Virus record (IMG/VR): IMGVR_UViG_3300034105_004634
DNA from: an uncultured virus (IMG/VR IMGVR_UViG_3300034105_004634)
Taxonomy: Duplodnaviria > Heunggongvirae > Uroviricota > Caudoviricetes
Length of the DNA: 64,000 nt
Strand: one strand, 5' to 3'
Part shown: positions 29,785 to 41,226 of the stretch, one piece after another
Layout: each line of letters begins with the position of its first letter
How positions within the stretch are numbered: the stretch's first letter is position 1
Program-made: the position numbers and the translations under genes
Notes under the pieces: generated by a model
The model's database searches: none
The model's input: the letters and a program-made list of their open reading frames with translations, nothing else
What the model was told of the DNA's origin: nothing

Positions 29785-30210
29785 TTATTTTTCCTTTTTG
29801 TTTTGTTCAATTTCTTTGAGCAGCATTTCAAGCTCCTCTATACCCTGATAAACTTTCTTTCTCTCCTTCTTTGGAAGTGAATCCTCCCAGATACCACTAT
29901 TATCAAGCTCGTCCAATGCAATCCTAATGGCTAGTGCCATTTTTTTTGTTATCTTTGCTTTCATTGATTCTTTTTATCTTATATTATAAAACCACATATC
30001 CATCAAGATTGGGATAAATCTATGGAGGTTACGACTCTCACCTTGATCCATTCCTAACTCACGTCCAGGATTTTCTTTATCTTACTTAACAAACATAACA
30101 CTTCTTGTAGCGTTGTAATAACAATCATAGCTTCCCAACCTTCTTGTTAGATTCTCAATTATTGGTGTTTATAATTTAGATTTACACTAAATCCTGGCAT
30201 ATCCCTCATA
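29785..30210 (-). pseudogene. decayed ORFs (frameshift and in-frame stops)
   Basis: MKAKITKK.. ORF continues plausibly in the -1 frame (EKVYQGIEELEMLLKE); upstream frame is broken by several stops. Confidence 0.4.
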
Positions 30211-30686
30211 ATTATCTATTACCTGTTTGTTTTTCTATATGCGGTTTGTTTTATTTCTTAATCCTACAGATCTCCAATTGGTGTTCAAGTTCTCTAACCT
30301 TATCTCTCTCCTCGTGAAATGCTATAAAATACATAATAGCGCAGATCGCTGCTGTTATGAATGGAAATAGCAATGGGTTTACCTTTTCTTTATTCTCCAT
30401 TTTGCTTTTTTAGAAATCTTGAAATCTTTTCAAATTTTGATGCATCATCCGGATTTAATATCATCTCGTCAAATGCTCCATATCGGCACTGTCTTCCAAA
30501 GATGTATCTTATTCCATAGCTAACTCTCTGCCAGAATGGTCTTTTAGCTAAGTGCAAGTGAAGATAAACGGTTGGATATACCTTACCATCAATTTCGTCT
30601 TCTGCGTAGAAAACCATCATCATATGGTCCGTGCTGTTACAATCACAAATCAATAAGTCTTTTTCTTGCGTCATAATATAATAAAA

Positions 30687-31064
30687 TTATTTTCGATATT
30701 TAATATCACCTGATCCTGTTCTAACTGATCCAGTAATGGTTGTTGCTTTTACTTCTCCTGACCCTGTTTGTGCATCACCGTTGATGGATTCACATTCAAT
30801 ATCACCAGATCCAGTTTGTGCACCACCCGTGATGTTTCTACAGTTGATGTCACCACTACCCGTTCTTGCCTTGTTAACATTTCCACCAATCTCGATCTTG
30901 TCACAATAGTCAACATCAAGACTATCAAGGTCACCAGTAACATTGATAGTTATGGCTTTGTTGTCTCTATGATCTCCCGAGACATCTTTTCCGTCGATAG
31001 TAATCTTATTTCCATTTATGTTGATTGATCTTCCAGCATAATCATTATTGTTTATTCTTATCAT
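30687..31064 (-). CDS. beta-helix repeat protein (DUF4097-like)
   Basis: Repeated (A/V)xTGSG(D/E)(I/V) units. Confidence 0.65.
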   Translation of the reverse strand: MIRINNNDYAGRSININGNKITIDGKDVSGDHRDNKAITINVTGDLDSLDVDYCDKIEIGGNVNKARTGSGDINCRNITGGAQTGSGDIECESINGDAQTGSGEVKATTITGSVRTGSGDIKYRK

Positions 31065-31743
31065 GTTTCCTGTTTTTTACTTATCTTTTAGATAGCGCTT
31101 TTATAAATCCGATCTCAAGATTGTCACAAGCTGCTCCCCAAATAGCTTTTGCTATAGGTTCAGTTACACCTGCTTTTTCATAAATCTGGCCATTCTGAGC
31201 CCACCATTGAGTAAATGTCATAATTTCCTATTTTATTATGCAAATATAAATAAAAGATTCGTGATAAAAAAATAAAATCCTAATTAATCCGATAAGCTAC
31301 CGGTTTAACGTCGTACCTGTATCCGCCCTTCTTTTTTAGTTGGACATTTTCAAAAACCCCATTGAATTCTATATTTTTAACTGTTCCGTTTTCATAGATG
31401 ACTTTCAATGGACCCACATTCGGTATCTTCTTAAGATCGAAACACCAGTTTTCACTCTTGTCCAGAATTGTTGTGAGTATATAGATCTTCACTTTTGATT
31501 CAGATGCTCTATTAAAGGCATTTCTATAGTCGTCGTCAACCACTAGATTCTTTACATCCTGTCCCCAGATATGATATTCTGTCTTTCTATCTGGTCCATA
31601 AACAACCATGTGCATGCCTTTACCCTTTATATGTTTTTGTCTGCCAAAAAGCCAAACTCCATCACCTATATGCACTTCTTTAAGACCTCCATTTAAAGCT
31701 CTTCTAAGACACCCTCTAAGCTGTATTAATTTTTCAAATCCTC

Positions 31744-32160
31744 TCATTTCTTTATAAATTTTAATGCTTCTTCCAATCCTTTTTCTAATGCTTCATTATA
31801 CGTTTTAAAATCCGTGTGATGCGAGATATTTGGAAATTTCAATTGTGCAATTGGAAAGTCCTTCACCCTGATATCATTCCAATTTGAAGCCTTCACTATC
31901 CATCTTGTTTCATCTTGGTAGTGAACCTCGCTGTCCCTCACCACATCAACATCAATGTTGTGTGTTTCCCTAAGCCATCTTTGAAGAAGTGATTGGGTTG
32001 GTGCCTTAATTTCACCATATATGGGCTCATCAAAATTGGACAAGCCCAATGTTATTTCCCCATTATCGTTTGCCGTGAAATAAGCATCGTTTACCAATAT
32101 TTTAAACCCCTTCTCCCTCGCTAATTTAGCTGTTTCGTATTTTACTATTTCTTCGGTCAT
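31744..32160 (-). CDS. paralog family member
   Basis: ETAKLAREKGF, APTQSLLQRWLRE, TYNEALEKGL. Confidence 0.7.
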   Translation of the reverse strand: MTEEIVKYETAKLAREKGFKILVNDAYFTANDNGEITLGLSNFDEPIYGEIKAPTQSLLQRWLRETHNIDVDVVRDSEVHYQDETRWIVKASNWNDIRVKDFPIAQLKFPNISHHTDFKTYNEALEKGLEEALKFIKK

Positions 32161-32792
32161 CCTATAAATTTTCTAACAATTGGTTTATCATTATCCGTTT
32201 CCCATATCACCTCATATGTTCCATATTCGGTGTTATATGATTCTCTCTGCGACTTTTCATTAAATTCAGTAAAGTCTGGTGAGCTTGAGCTAATTGAAAG
32301 TAGAAGATCTTCCCTCTCTAGAGGGTTTACCAACACCCGCCATTTATCAGTATCCAAAGATCCTTTAGATCTTACAATCTCTAGCATCTTATTAAGACAA
32401 GCAAGATTCTCCGTATTTTTATCCCAATTGGGTAAACCCCTATTAGGTGTTGCTAATCCAAGATCATAAACCACTTTGAATTCCTCCTGTCTTATCTCTT
32501 TGATTGAGCTCATATATCCTATACCGTCTCCCCATAGGGTTGTTTCAGCAAACATGTTATATTTCTCAAGAAACCATCTAAATGCTTGTTGGTAAAGTGG
32601 TGCAGCTACAGAAATTCCATCAACACTTCTAGCTCCTTCAAATATAACTGATGCACTTTTTGTTTGTTGGGTTTGTACTAAAAACCATTCTTTACCCCTA
32701 CCATCGTAAATATACCTACCAAAACAAGGTTCATCAAATCCTAATTCTTTTAAAGCTAATGCCAGCTCATACGGAACAAATTCTTTTTCCAT
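32157..32792 (-). CDS. paralog family member with C-terminal extension
   Basis: YELALALKELGF, APLYQQAFRWF, LACLNKMLEIV. Confidence 0.7.
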   Translation of the reverse strand: MEKEFVPYELALALKELGFDEPCFGRYIYDGRGKEWFLVQTQQTKSASVIFEGARSVDGISVAAPLYQQAFRWFLEKYNMFAETTLWGDGIGYMSSIKEIRQEEFKVVYDLGLATPNRGLPNWDKNTENLACLNKMLEIVRSKGSLDTDKWRVLVNPLEREDLLLSISSSSPDFTEFNEKSQRESYNTEYGTYEVIWETDNDKPIVRKFIG

Positions 32793-32806
32793 TATTTTTT
32801 ATTTTG

Positions 32807-33475
32807 TTAATATCCATAATAAATCATTACATTTCTTTTCCAATCAAAGGTTTTATATATTCTGACCAATTCAAAGATGACATACTCATATTTCCAACTG
32901 GTTGTAACTTCATTACCATTTGTTAAATCATATGGTTTTGTTTGAACCCATTCGAATCTCATGGTTCTCATATGTTCAAAAATACCCCACAAGGAATTTT
33001 GTTCTTCTGGAGTAATTTTAGAGAAGTCAAATGTATATTTGTTATCCGGATAATCATATTTTACATCAACTGAATTAAGGAAATCTGTTGGTTTATCTCT
33101 ATCAAATCTTTCTACACTTTTACCAAAAAATGGTTCCATCATTTTATTGTAATAGTCCTCCACTCTTTTTTTGTAGCTATCAATAATATATTCAAGAAAT
33201 TCTGGTGTAACAATTGCAAAGTCATGTTCTTCGGTAAAGTATTTGTTTAATTCTTTATTCTTGAAAAACGTCTTTATTGATTTCTTTGGTGGGTCAAAAT
33301 CGGTGTATTTACCAAACTCGTATAATGATGTTCCAAAGTCATAGACACCCATTTCTATGTAACCATCTTCTTCAACTTCAAGTTTGTAATGGTTAATCAA
33401 TTGTTCTTTGGTCATTGATTTGATTTTGTTGTATTCTCTTTTTGGCATTGTGCCAATGTAAGTTCTATATCCCAT
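32807..33475 (-). CDS. hypothetical protein
   Basis: 222-aa ORF. Confidence 0.55.
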   Translation of the reverse strand: MGYRTYIGTMPKREYNKIKSMTKEQLINHYKLEVEEDGYIEMGVYDFGTSLYEFGKYTDFDPPKKSIKTFFKNKELNKYFTEEHDFAIVTPEFLEYIIDSYKKRVEDYYNKMMEPFFGKSVERFDRDKPTDFLNSVDVKYDYPDNKYTFDFSKITPEEQNSLWGIFEHMRTMRFEWVQTKPYDLTNGNEVTTSWKYEYVIFELVRIYKTFDWKRNVMIYYGY

Positions 33476-33852
33476 TACCTCTTTTCTTTTACAATTTCTA
33501 TTAATTTTTTAAGACAAGCAAGTTCTGCTTTTTCATAGGAAGTAAACATTCCACTTTCTTCACAATCTCCAGACCATTCAGAACCAAATCTATGGGTACC
33601 TCCAATATTATCGTGGATTTCCCATAACCATCCACTTGCATTAGAATAAATATTTCCTAATAGATTATGCTTCTCTCTAAAAAATCTAAATGCCTGTTGA
33701 CATAGTGGTGCGGAAAGATAGTCACATTTAGAATTTTGAACATTATCGCATCTTTTGATTTTATCTTCAAAAAATGCAGATAAACAAATCTCATCAAATC
33801 CTAATTCTTTTAAAGCTAATGCCAGCTCATAAGGGATAAATTCTGCTTCCAT
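33475..33852 (-). CDS. paralog family member
   Basis: YELALALKELGF, APLCQQAFRFFREK, AELACLKKLIEIV. Confidence 0.7.
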   Translation of the reverse strand: MEAEFIPYELALALKELGFDEICLSAFFEDKIKRCDNVQNSKCDYLSAPLCQQAFRFFREKHNLLGNIYSNASGWLWEIHDNIGGTHRFGSEWSGDCEESGMFTSYEKAELACLKKLIEIVKEKR

Positions 33853-34229
33853 TATTTCTTTTCTTTTACTATTTCTATTAATTTTTTAAGACATTCAAGT
33901 TCTGCTTCTTCGTATGTTTTAAACCCATTTCTTTCTGATTTGATACTATTTGAAATAATATTATAAGTGTATTTTCCATTACGAGGAACAATATAGCTAA
34001 CAATAAAATACTTCTCTCTAAACCATCTAGATGCTTGTTGGTAAAGTGGTGCTAATAGTTGACCTGAATGAGCATCGGAACTATACATTGGTCTACCATC
34101 ATAATGTAATTCACCATTTTCGTAATAAAATACTTTACCACCTTGATACCCACCTATTGGATATGGACTTTCAAATCCTAATTCTTTTAAAGCTGATGCT
34201 TGTTCGTAATGTATAAATTCTTTTTCCAT
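33852..34229 (-). CDS. paralog family member
   Basis: ALKELGF, APLYQQASRWFREK, TYEEAELECLKKLIEIV. Confidence 0.7.
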   Translation of the reverse strand: MEKEFIHYEQASALKELGFESPYPIGGYQGGKVFYYENGELHYDGRPMYSSDAHSGQLLAPLYQQASRWFREKYFIVSYIVPRNGKYTYNIISNSIKSERNGFKTYEEAELECLKKLIEIVKEKK

Positions 34230-34237
34230 AACTGATC

Positions 34238-34666
34238 TTAAATTTTTATTGGTAGTAATCTTTCAGGAAGGTATTGCTCAGCACATACAATCGTAACGGA
34301 TTCGACGTTATATTCATAAGCCATCAATTCATCAATGCTCATTGGATGAATGTCCCTATAATTTAAAACAATGTAGGGTGTTGTAACTTTATTATCTATT
34401 TTAATTCTAACCTTAGTAAAATTAAACTGCATAAACCTATACTCGCCATCAACATTTCCAATAACCTTTATCACAGTTTCCGTCTCACTACTTGAACTTA
34501 CAGATCCTGCAATTAGGAAGAATGCACCTGATGTATCTGTACTTGTTGTGGTATTTTTTACTAGTTGTCTTAGATGAATTTTATCGCTATGATATTTTTT
34601 ATACTGTGCTGGTTCGCAAGATGCAAATAATATTAAACCCAATAGTAATCCTAATAATTTTTCCAT
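34238..34666 (-). CDS. putative lipoprotein
   Basis: Signal peptide with lipobox LFASC. Confidence 0.55.
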   Translation of the reverse strand: MEKLLGLLLGLILFASCEPAQYKKYHSDKIHLRQLVKNTTTSTDTSGAFFLIAGSVSSSSETETVIKVIGNVDGEYRFMQFNFTKVRIKIDNKVTTPYIVLNYRDIHPMSIDELMAYEYNVESVTIVCAEQYLPERLLPIKI

Positions 34667-35896
34667 TTCATTTTCTTTTAATCGTTCATATAATCACCAA
34701 AATTTTCTCTCATCTCCTCATCAACCTTTCTCCTGATCTCTGCAATGTCTTTTTTGTATTGCTCTGGAGTTTTATTTGGATCGTGGAATGTTCCATCATT
34801 AAACATGAATTTTCCATCAACCAAAGGGTGGGATCCAATCTTTTCAAGCTTATGTGGATCATCCTCTAAAAGACCATCCTTATTAGGTGACTTCATAAAA
34901 CCATTTGTTACTCTGTCATGCAAACCATGATGTGCATATCCACAACAGGTCATGGTATTGCACATAACCTTGTCTGACACTTTAGAAACCCAAGCATGAC
35001 AATATGTTGGTTTTTCCTCGATTTTTGGAGTTTTTAATTCGATCATTTATTCAAAGTATGTGAGTTCAGTATTATAAAGTTCACATATTCTTTCTTTTGT
35101 CAGGATATGCAGGAATGATACAGGCAGACAGTGTATGCCGCTACCTTCCATAAGCCATTTAAGTATCTTGGCTTTCTCGTCTAGCTGATCTAAACAATCC
35201 TGTACTGTCATTTCCATATTGATTCCAGATTATCCAATAAATTGGTTTTTATAATATTTGAGAGGTGTGGATTTCTTCTAATCATTCTCGTCATGTCTTC
35301 TTTGGTGTACCTATCCGGGCCATTCCTGATATGTTTAGCAAACCATCCATCTATACCAGATATACCATATGGGGTATAAAACGAGGAGATGAGCCTATTC
35401 CCCACCTTCAGATTTTTAACCGAGTGATCGCAATATGCTATTTCCATCTCCCTGCTATTCCCCTTTGTGATCTTAGGATATTTTTTCTTAAATGTATCAG
35501 GGTATTCTCTACCGTACATTTCACATTCCAAAGAATGCTCCGTGTCAATAATCTCCTCTCTAGTCATCTCCGGTCTGTCGCTTTCCTTAAATTCTCTCAT
35601 TGGCATTAATTTAAAATTTCAATCTGTAAAGCTGGATCTTCCGCTTCCAATCCCCATTTCGATAAAACCTGAATTCCACTCATTAATCTTTATTAAACCA
35701 AATAAAAGCGTATTCTTCCCACGTTCAATCCATGTGTCGTAATACCTGGATTTTAATTGGTTATGCTGAGTAACACTAGCTATCTGATTTTTGTTTATCT
35801 TTAAACTCATGGCTTTCCTTATTTTATAATGCAAATATACAAAATATACACGAGATAAAAAAATATTTTAACCTAAAAAATAAAGATATATACAAC

Positions 35897-36625
35897 ATGG
35901 ACAAATTAAAGAGACTTTACAACTACATCAAGAAGGACAAGAAAAAGAAAATTCTTTTCCTTACCACATCTAATAGATGGGAGGGTGAAAAGGAATTACC
36001 CAAATCCTCAATAATTGCTGCTGAGCTCCAAAAGAAACTGAAGAATGCTGAGATTATCGATGTTAGTAAGCTAAAAATATTTCCTTGTGAAGGTAACGTG
36101 TCAGGAAAGAATGGAAACAATTGCGGAGTTAAGGAAGCAATGTTAAAAAGCAATAATCCCGAAAAATTTATAAGATGCTGGGCATCAATAAACAACAAAT
36201 CTGATGAGATGCACAAAGTTGCAAATGCCATCTATGATGCTGATATAATCATATTCTTTGGATCTATCAGATGGGGCAAGATGAATGCTATCTATTCTCA
36301 ATTGATTGAAAGATTAACCTGGTTGGAAAACAGACACACAACCCTAGGTGAATCCAATCTATTGAAAGATAAAGAATGTGGAGTTGTTGCAATAGGACAT
36401 AACTGGAACGGTGAAGTTGCTGTTAAAACCGAAAGAGAAGTTCTTGGTTTTTTTGGATTTAAAACTCCTCCTCAGCTATCCTTCAATTGGCAATATACCA
36501 AAGACGCAAACGACGAAACTCAAAGAGGTTACAAAGCTGATTTCCCTAAATTCATAAAAGATTTTAACTTCAAAGAAACGCTAAACGAATCTATAATAAG
36601 ATTCAAGGAATGGATAAAACTATAA
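35897..36625 (+). CDS. flavodoxin-fold NAD(P)H-dependent FMN reductase-like protein
   Basis: LTTSNR, PCEGNVS, ADIIIFFGSIRWG; preceded by GATATATA. Confidence 0.7.
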   Translation: MDKLKRLYNYIKKDKKKKILFLTTSNRWEGEKELPKSSIIAAELQKKLKNAEIIDVSKLKIFPCEGNVSGKNGNNCGVKEAMLKSNNPEKFIRCWASINNKSDEMHKVANAIYDADIIIFFGSIRWGKMNAIYSQLIERLTWLENRHTTLGESNLLKDKECGVVAIGHNWNGEVAVKTEREVLGFFGFKTPPQLSFNWQYTKDANDETQRGYKADFPKFIKDFNFKETLNESIIRFKEWIKL

Positions 36626-36629
36626 AAAC

Positions 36630-37217
36630 ATGAAATACCCAAAGAAATATCTAACTACCAATCCCAACATCATGAAAAGGGAAATAAATAAGCACAAGGA
36701 CAAAGCTGACGATGACGACTCAGCATACGGACCATGGGATGCTGACTATAAAAGTGGCAAGGCAGGAAAGGGTAAAAAAGTTCCAACTAAATCTAGCAAA
36801 TACACCAAGAAATTTAAAGAGCTTTATGGGGAAAGCGAAGAATTCGAAACACCAGGAAATATAGTTTCAATAGAGGAATTTAATTCTGAAATTGAAAAAG
36901 CTGCATATGAGATATTTGATGAACTTGTTGAGGATGAATTCACAAATGATGAATTCATATTAGAGGATTCCAGAATCGACAAGGCACTAAAAAACAAAGC
37001 CAAAAAATCTGGATTCCCGTTGGGGATTCTAAGAAAAGTTTTTGCTCGCGGTTTTTCTGCATGGAAGCGGGGTCATGTTGGGGGCACGGTCCCTGAACAA
37101 TGGGGTCTAGCAAGAGTTTCTAGTTTTATCGTTGGTGGTAGAACAACAGAGGTTGGTGACGGTGCTCTATATAAGCAAGCTAAGAAAGCGAGAGCAGCTA
37201 AGAAAAAGAATAAATAG
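36630..37217 (+). CDS. conserved viral protein (DUF5824-like)
   Basis: K.SKYTKKF; LRKVF.RG..AW..GH..G..PEQWGLARV.SF. Confidence 0.55.
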   Translation: MKYPKKYLTTNPNIMKREINKHKDKADDDDSAYGPWDADYKSGKAGKGKKVPTKSSKYTKKFKELYGESEEFETPGNIVSIEEFNSEIEKAAYEIFDELVEDEFTNDEFILEDSRIDKALKNKAKKSGFPLGILRKVFARGFSAWKRGHVGGTVPEQWGLARVSSFIVGGRTTEVGDGALYKQAKKARAAKKKNK

Positions 37218-37340
37218 AAATTATTCAGATGATCGGGAGAGAAATAAGACTAGTAAAGGGTTCAAAAATAAATATCATCCAGCAAAAATAGACGGTAAGG
37301 AAATAGATCTATCTGAAATTTCAGGTGAAAGATTTATAGC

Positions 37341-38066
37341 CTAATGTTTAATCAGATTCTCAAATCTATCATAAACCAATTTTAAATAATCACATCCAGC
37401 CTCAGTGTTCTTAATTGGGGCCAAAGGAGCTTTATCACCTTTATATTTTACCGGATACACTCTTTTAAGCTCTGTCCATGCGGTATCGCCAATCTGAAAT
37501 AAACCTCTGTATGCTTTATTAGTTTTTGGATCTGGATCGAACCTGGATTCCTTGTAAGCAACAGTTGTTATGAAATCTTTACTGAATTCAGGAACCTTAG
37601 TCTTAGCCTTTTCTATTGCCTCCTTAACCTTGGCATTCTGTGGATCTTTTATTTTGGATAATGCATCCCTTTTATATTGTGCCCATGTTGATTGCTGATA
37701 TTCCAAAAATGCTTTAACAGCCTCCTTGCTTTTTCCCGTTTTAACCTTGATGTATCTGGGATCAGACTGTGGCATATTATTAAGAAGCTTGCCTCTGGAA
37801 TCAGGTTGGATTTTAACGTCTCCCCGGAGAACATCCATCAGGTTAGCAAGACCTGTTGGTCCCTGCTGATGTGTTAGATAAACCATATGTTCGCCAGTTA
37901 TAAGGTTGGGGTCCATAACATTAGCACCGGGTTTTCTAATTGTTGACTTTCTACCGAAAAAGCCAGCAACGGCTTTTTTGAATCTCTCCCAAAGATCTCC
38001 AAGTCCTTCATTTAATTCTTCCGATGAGGTGTCATATTCCTCGTATTCTCTTATATGTTTAAGCAT
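37341..38066 (-). CDS. lytic transglycosylase (SLT-like) with leader motif
   Basis: AYKESRFDP, GLFQI and N...G..YL motifs; begins MLKHIREYEEY. Confidence 0.7.
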   Translation of the reverse strand: MLKHIREYEEYDTSSEELNEGLGDLWERFKKAVAGFFGRKSTIRKPGANVMDPNLITGEHMVYLTHQQGPTGLANLMDVLRGDVKIQPDSRGKLLNNMPQSDPRYIKVKTGKSKEAVKAFLEYQQSTWAQYKRDALSKIKDPQNAKVKEAIEKAKTKVPEFSKDFITTVAYKESRFDPDPKTNKAYRGLFQIGDTAWTELKRVYPVKYKGDKAPLAPIKNTEAGCDYLKLVYDRFENLIKH

Positions 38067-38935
38067 TCACTATATATCCTACCAGGAATCATAATCAGTG
38101 ATATCTTTGGTTGCATTAACCTTGTCGCTGTGTGCTATCACCTTTACACCAATCGGCCCAATAGTAACTGTAAATGTGATATTTCCCGGATCGTCTTCAT
38201 AAATTTCAGATATTGCTTTCTTCCACCTCTCCAGAGATTCTTTTTCGGTCTCGTTTAGTGTTAACTGTGCCATTATAAATCGAATAAATTTTTAAACTTT
38301 AATTTAAAACTATATGCTCCCAAAGAATACATATAGCTTCTAAGTTCATTAAGAATTGCACTTTCGCTCATATCCGAATAAATTATAAGAGGTCGGAAAT
38401 CCCTCCAGACTTGGCTTTCTATCCTTATCAATACCTTCTCATACCATTGATCATAGCTAATAGGAAGACCGAATGTTTCTATTGAGCTAATAACAAATTT
38501 ATATTTCTCTTTTATCGCTTTTTCTTTAGTGTTCATAGTATCTGAAATAATAGTTAATTTCTCCCATACTCAGTGGAAATCTTGATTCTGTTGTAACATC
38601 AATATAAACATAAAATCTCAGCTTATAAATATTTTCATTAAGCAATTCCTTTATGATGGGTCTAACAACTCTAAAGATCTCATAGGGTCCATTAAGATAG
38701 CTTTCACCTCTTAGTGTCACCTTGACTTCTTTCTTGTGCGGAAGGGAATAGGGATCGGTTTTAACGATCCCTTGAATATCCATTCTTTTAAAAGTTTCAA
38801 TAAGAGATTTCTCAACCTTCCTTTCAAAAGCTTGTATCTTCTCCATATACCTTTCTTCAGTGTGCTTTCCCGTTTCCCAACCAACTAACGGATGAAGAAT
38901 CTGAGCTCCCAGATTACTTGGTATTTTTCTTTCCA

Positions 38936-39613
38936 TTATCTTACTCTTTTCCCTTTTACGATCTCATCGATGATTCCGTAATCAACAGCCTCTTGAGCGC
39001 TCATCCAGAAATCTCTTTGTGAATCCATCTTAACTTGCTCAGGATCCTTATCACAGAAATCACCAAGTAAATCAAATAGGATAGAGTTTACCTCTTTCCA
39101 TTCTTTCCAATCAATCTCAGCATCCTGGATGTTTCCTCTGAATCCACCACTTGACTGGTGAAGCATAACTTTACTAAATCTCAATGATGATCTTTTGCCC
39201 TTTGTTCCTGCTCCTAAAAGCACTGATCCCATAGAAGCAGCCATACCTGTATTGATTGTAGCAATATCTGATTTGATGTAGTCCATAACATCCACCATAC
39301 TCAATCCGCTTTTAACCGATCCGCCAGGTGAGTCGATGTGCATAATGATGTCTTTTTTTTCAACAGAATCCAAGAACATAAGTTGTGCCTGAACTATTGT
39401 TGACATTCTGTCATTAACAGGTCCAGCAACCCAAAGGATCCTATCCATCATCAGCCTATCAAAAACAGTCATCTGTGTTACTCTTAATTCTCTTTCCTCG
39501 AGAATCATTGGAGTCATCGATGCCTCTACCTGTTTTGTATGATAGTCCATTGTTAATGAGCTAATACCCTTTTCGCTTTGTGCGTACTTTCTAAATTCTG
39601 TCCCGTAGTCCAT
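38936..39613 (-). CDS. clpP: Clp protease proteolytic subunit
   Basis: IDSPGGSV, AASMG, MLHQ and RDFWMSA.EA..YG motifs. Confidence 0.93.
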   Translation of the reverse strand: MDYGTEFRKYAQSEKGISSLTMDYHTKQVEASMTPMILEERELRVTQMTVFDRLMMDRILWVAGPVNDRMSTIVQAQLMFLDSVEKKDIIMHIDSPGGSVKSGLSMVDVMDYIKSDIATINTGMAASMGSVLLGAGTKGKRSSLRFSKVMLHQSSGGFRGNIQDAEIDWKEWKEVNSILFDLLGDFCDKDPEQVKMDSQRDFWMSAQEAVDYGIIDEIVKGKRVR

Positions 39614-39614
39614 G

Positions 39615-40040
39615 TTATTGATTTTTGTGTTGAAATTCTTTAAATTGATCCAATAGTGATTTTATATTTTCACCTCCAGCAGGGTTCATCGAATGAACCA
39701 CAAAATCTGGTAATTCTTTTTTGTTGTCCATGCAATAGTCAACGAGCCATTTTGCACAGTCCATGCCTGTCTTCTCTGTGAATTCAGCATAGTGCCTGTT
39801 ATATGCTTCCTGTCCATTATGCATATCCGGATGATAATGGGAATCAGCGAGGTCGTGATCAAAAGATATTAGATCAGGTAGCCCATTTTGTGTTATGAAC
39901 GAAACGAATTCATCGTAATTGCGGACCGTTTTCCACTTGTATTTCGAATATATTCCAGGAGATGGCATATAGCTTATGCAATCATAAGGATGTCGGATGT
40001 CATCGAGAAACAAATTAAATCCGCTGTTATTCTCTTTCAT
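39615..40040 (-). CDS. cyclic-phosphate-processing receiver-like protein
   Basis: LFLDDIR, ISFDHDL, TG.DCAKWL and HS.NP.G motifs. Confidence 0.7.
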   Translation of the reverse strand: MKENNSGFNLFLDDIRHPYDCISYMPSPGIYSKYKWKTVRNYDEFVSFITQNGLPDLISFDHDLADSHYHPDMHNGQEAYNRHYAEFTEKTGMDCAKWLVDYCMDNKKELPDFVVHSMNPAGGENIKSLLDQFKEFQHKNQ

Positions 40041-40833
40041 ATCTTATAAATTTTGTATTGTTTTTAATTCTCCCATTAAATGTGTTAGTTAAATTGGAAC
40101 TGGTCTTACCCAGAATCTTTGCAACTTCGCACAATTTATTATACGTTTCAAGTGTTTCTATATTTTTATAAATGAATTTTTTTTGTTTATATGTTCTTTT
40201 TATCTCACCAAATTCATCTGATTTATCGTAACAATCAACAAATGACCAATAATATCCTCCAGCATGGGGGATTTTTCCTCTACAAGCAGAAGAAATGGAC
40301 TGTTTGCATATACCATTTTCGGAAGAAGCTGAAATTATGGAATCATATTTACAAAGTATAATTCCTAAAGAATCTAGCTTATAGATCTCCTTATATTGCG
40401 AAATTGCTATTTTTTTCTTTGCTTCGCTGCTTTGATTAATTCCAATATGAGAAATTCTCATTTTTTCTCTTGATTCATCGGATGCCTTAATTCCCAGGTT
40501 TGTTCTACAATCTAATCTTTTATTATAACCAAATCTTTTATCGTTTGATCTAAATGATAATATATAAAATTCCTCCCTCTCCTCCATTATTTTTTTATCA
40601 AGAATTGTTATCTCAACTATTTCAAAAGTAAAGCTAGAAGCTCCATACTTGTTATATGATGATTGGATATGTCTATTCGTGTGCTTATTTTTATCCAACA
40701 TGTATCTATGACGATGTAATCTTTTAAAGATAGATTTTGCACTACCGATATAAACCTTACCGTTTATAATATTAGTTATAATATAAATCCCCGATATTTT
40801 CTTATATGGCATTTTTACTTTATTGTTTTCCAA
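40027..40833 (-). mobile_element. free-standing GIY-YIG homing endonuclease
   Basis: GIY.I.N..NGK.YIGS, R...H, E..YI, GYN motifs, plus NUMOD-like basic repeats. Confidence 0.88.
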
Positions 40834-41226
40834 AATATTATTGATGTCTCTAGATATCTTTCTAGAGGAAAAACATCACCTTGTTTCGTCTTTATTTTAA
40901 TTGCCTCAATCAGTGATATGAAATCAATAATGCGATCGTCAAGTATTCTAAAATTAAGATCACCGTTACCATTAAGATTCTCGGTTGATACCCATCTGCC
41001 TTCTAATATAACATAAAAATTGCTATTAGTTAAACCTAATATGTTGGAAATCTGCAAACAAATTTCACATAATATGTCAGAAGATGGCAGTCGATAAGCA
41101 AATTCAGTAAATAATCCTATTATCCCATTTTTAATTCTTTCACATTCTGTAACCATAATATCCAATTGGTCCCTATCCGGCATGGGCAATTTAATTCCAG
41201 AATGGCAGATTTCTCTAATATCCACA

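Noticed and set aside
40027..40833. Group I intron around the GIY-YIG gene
   Set aside because: Flanking ORFs overlap it directly, leaving no room for a ribozyme core, and no interrupted gene is evident
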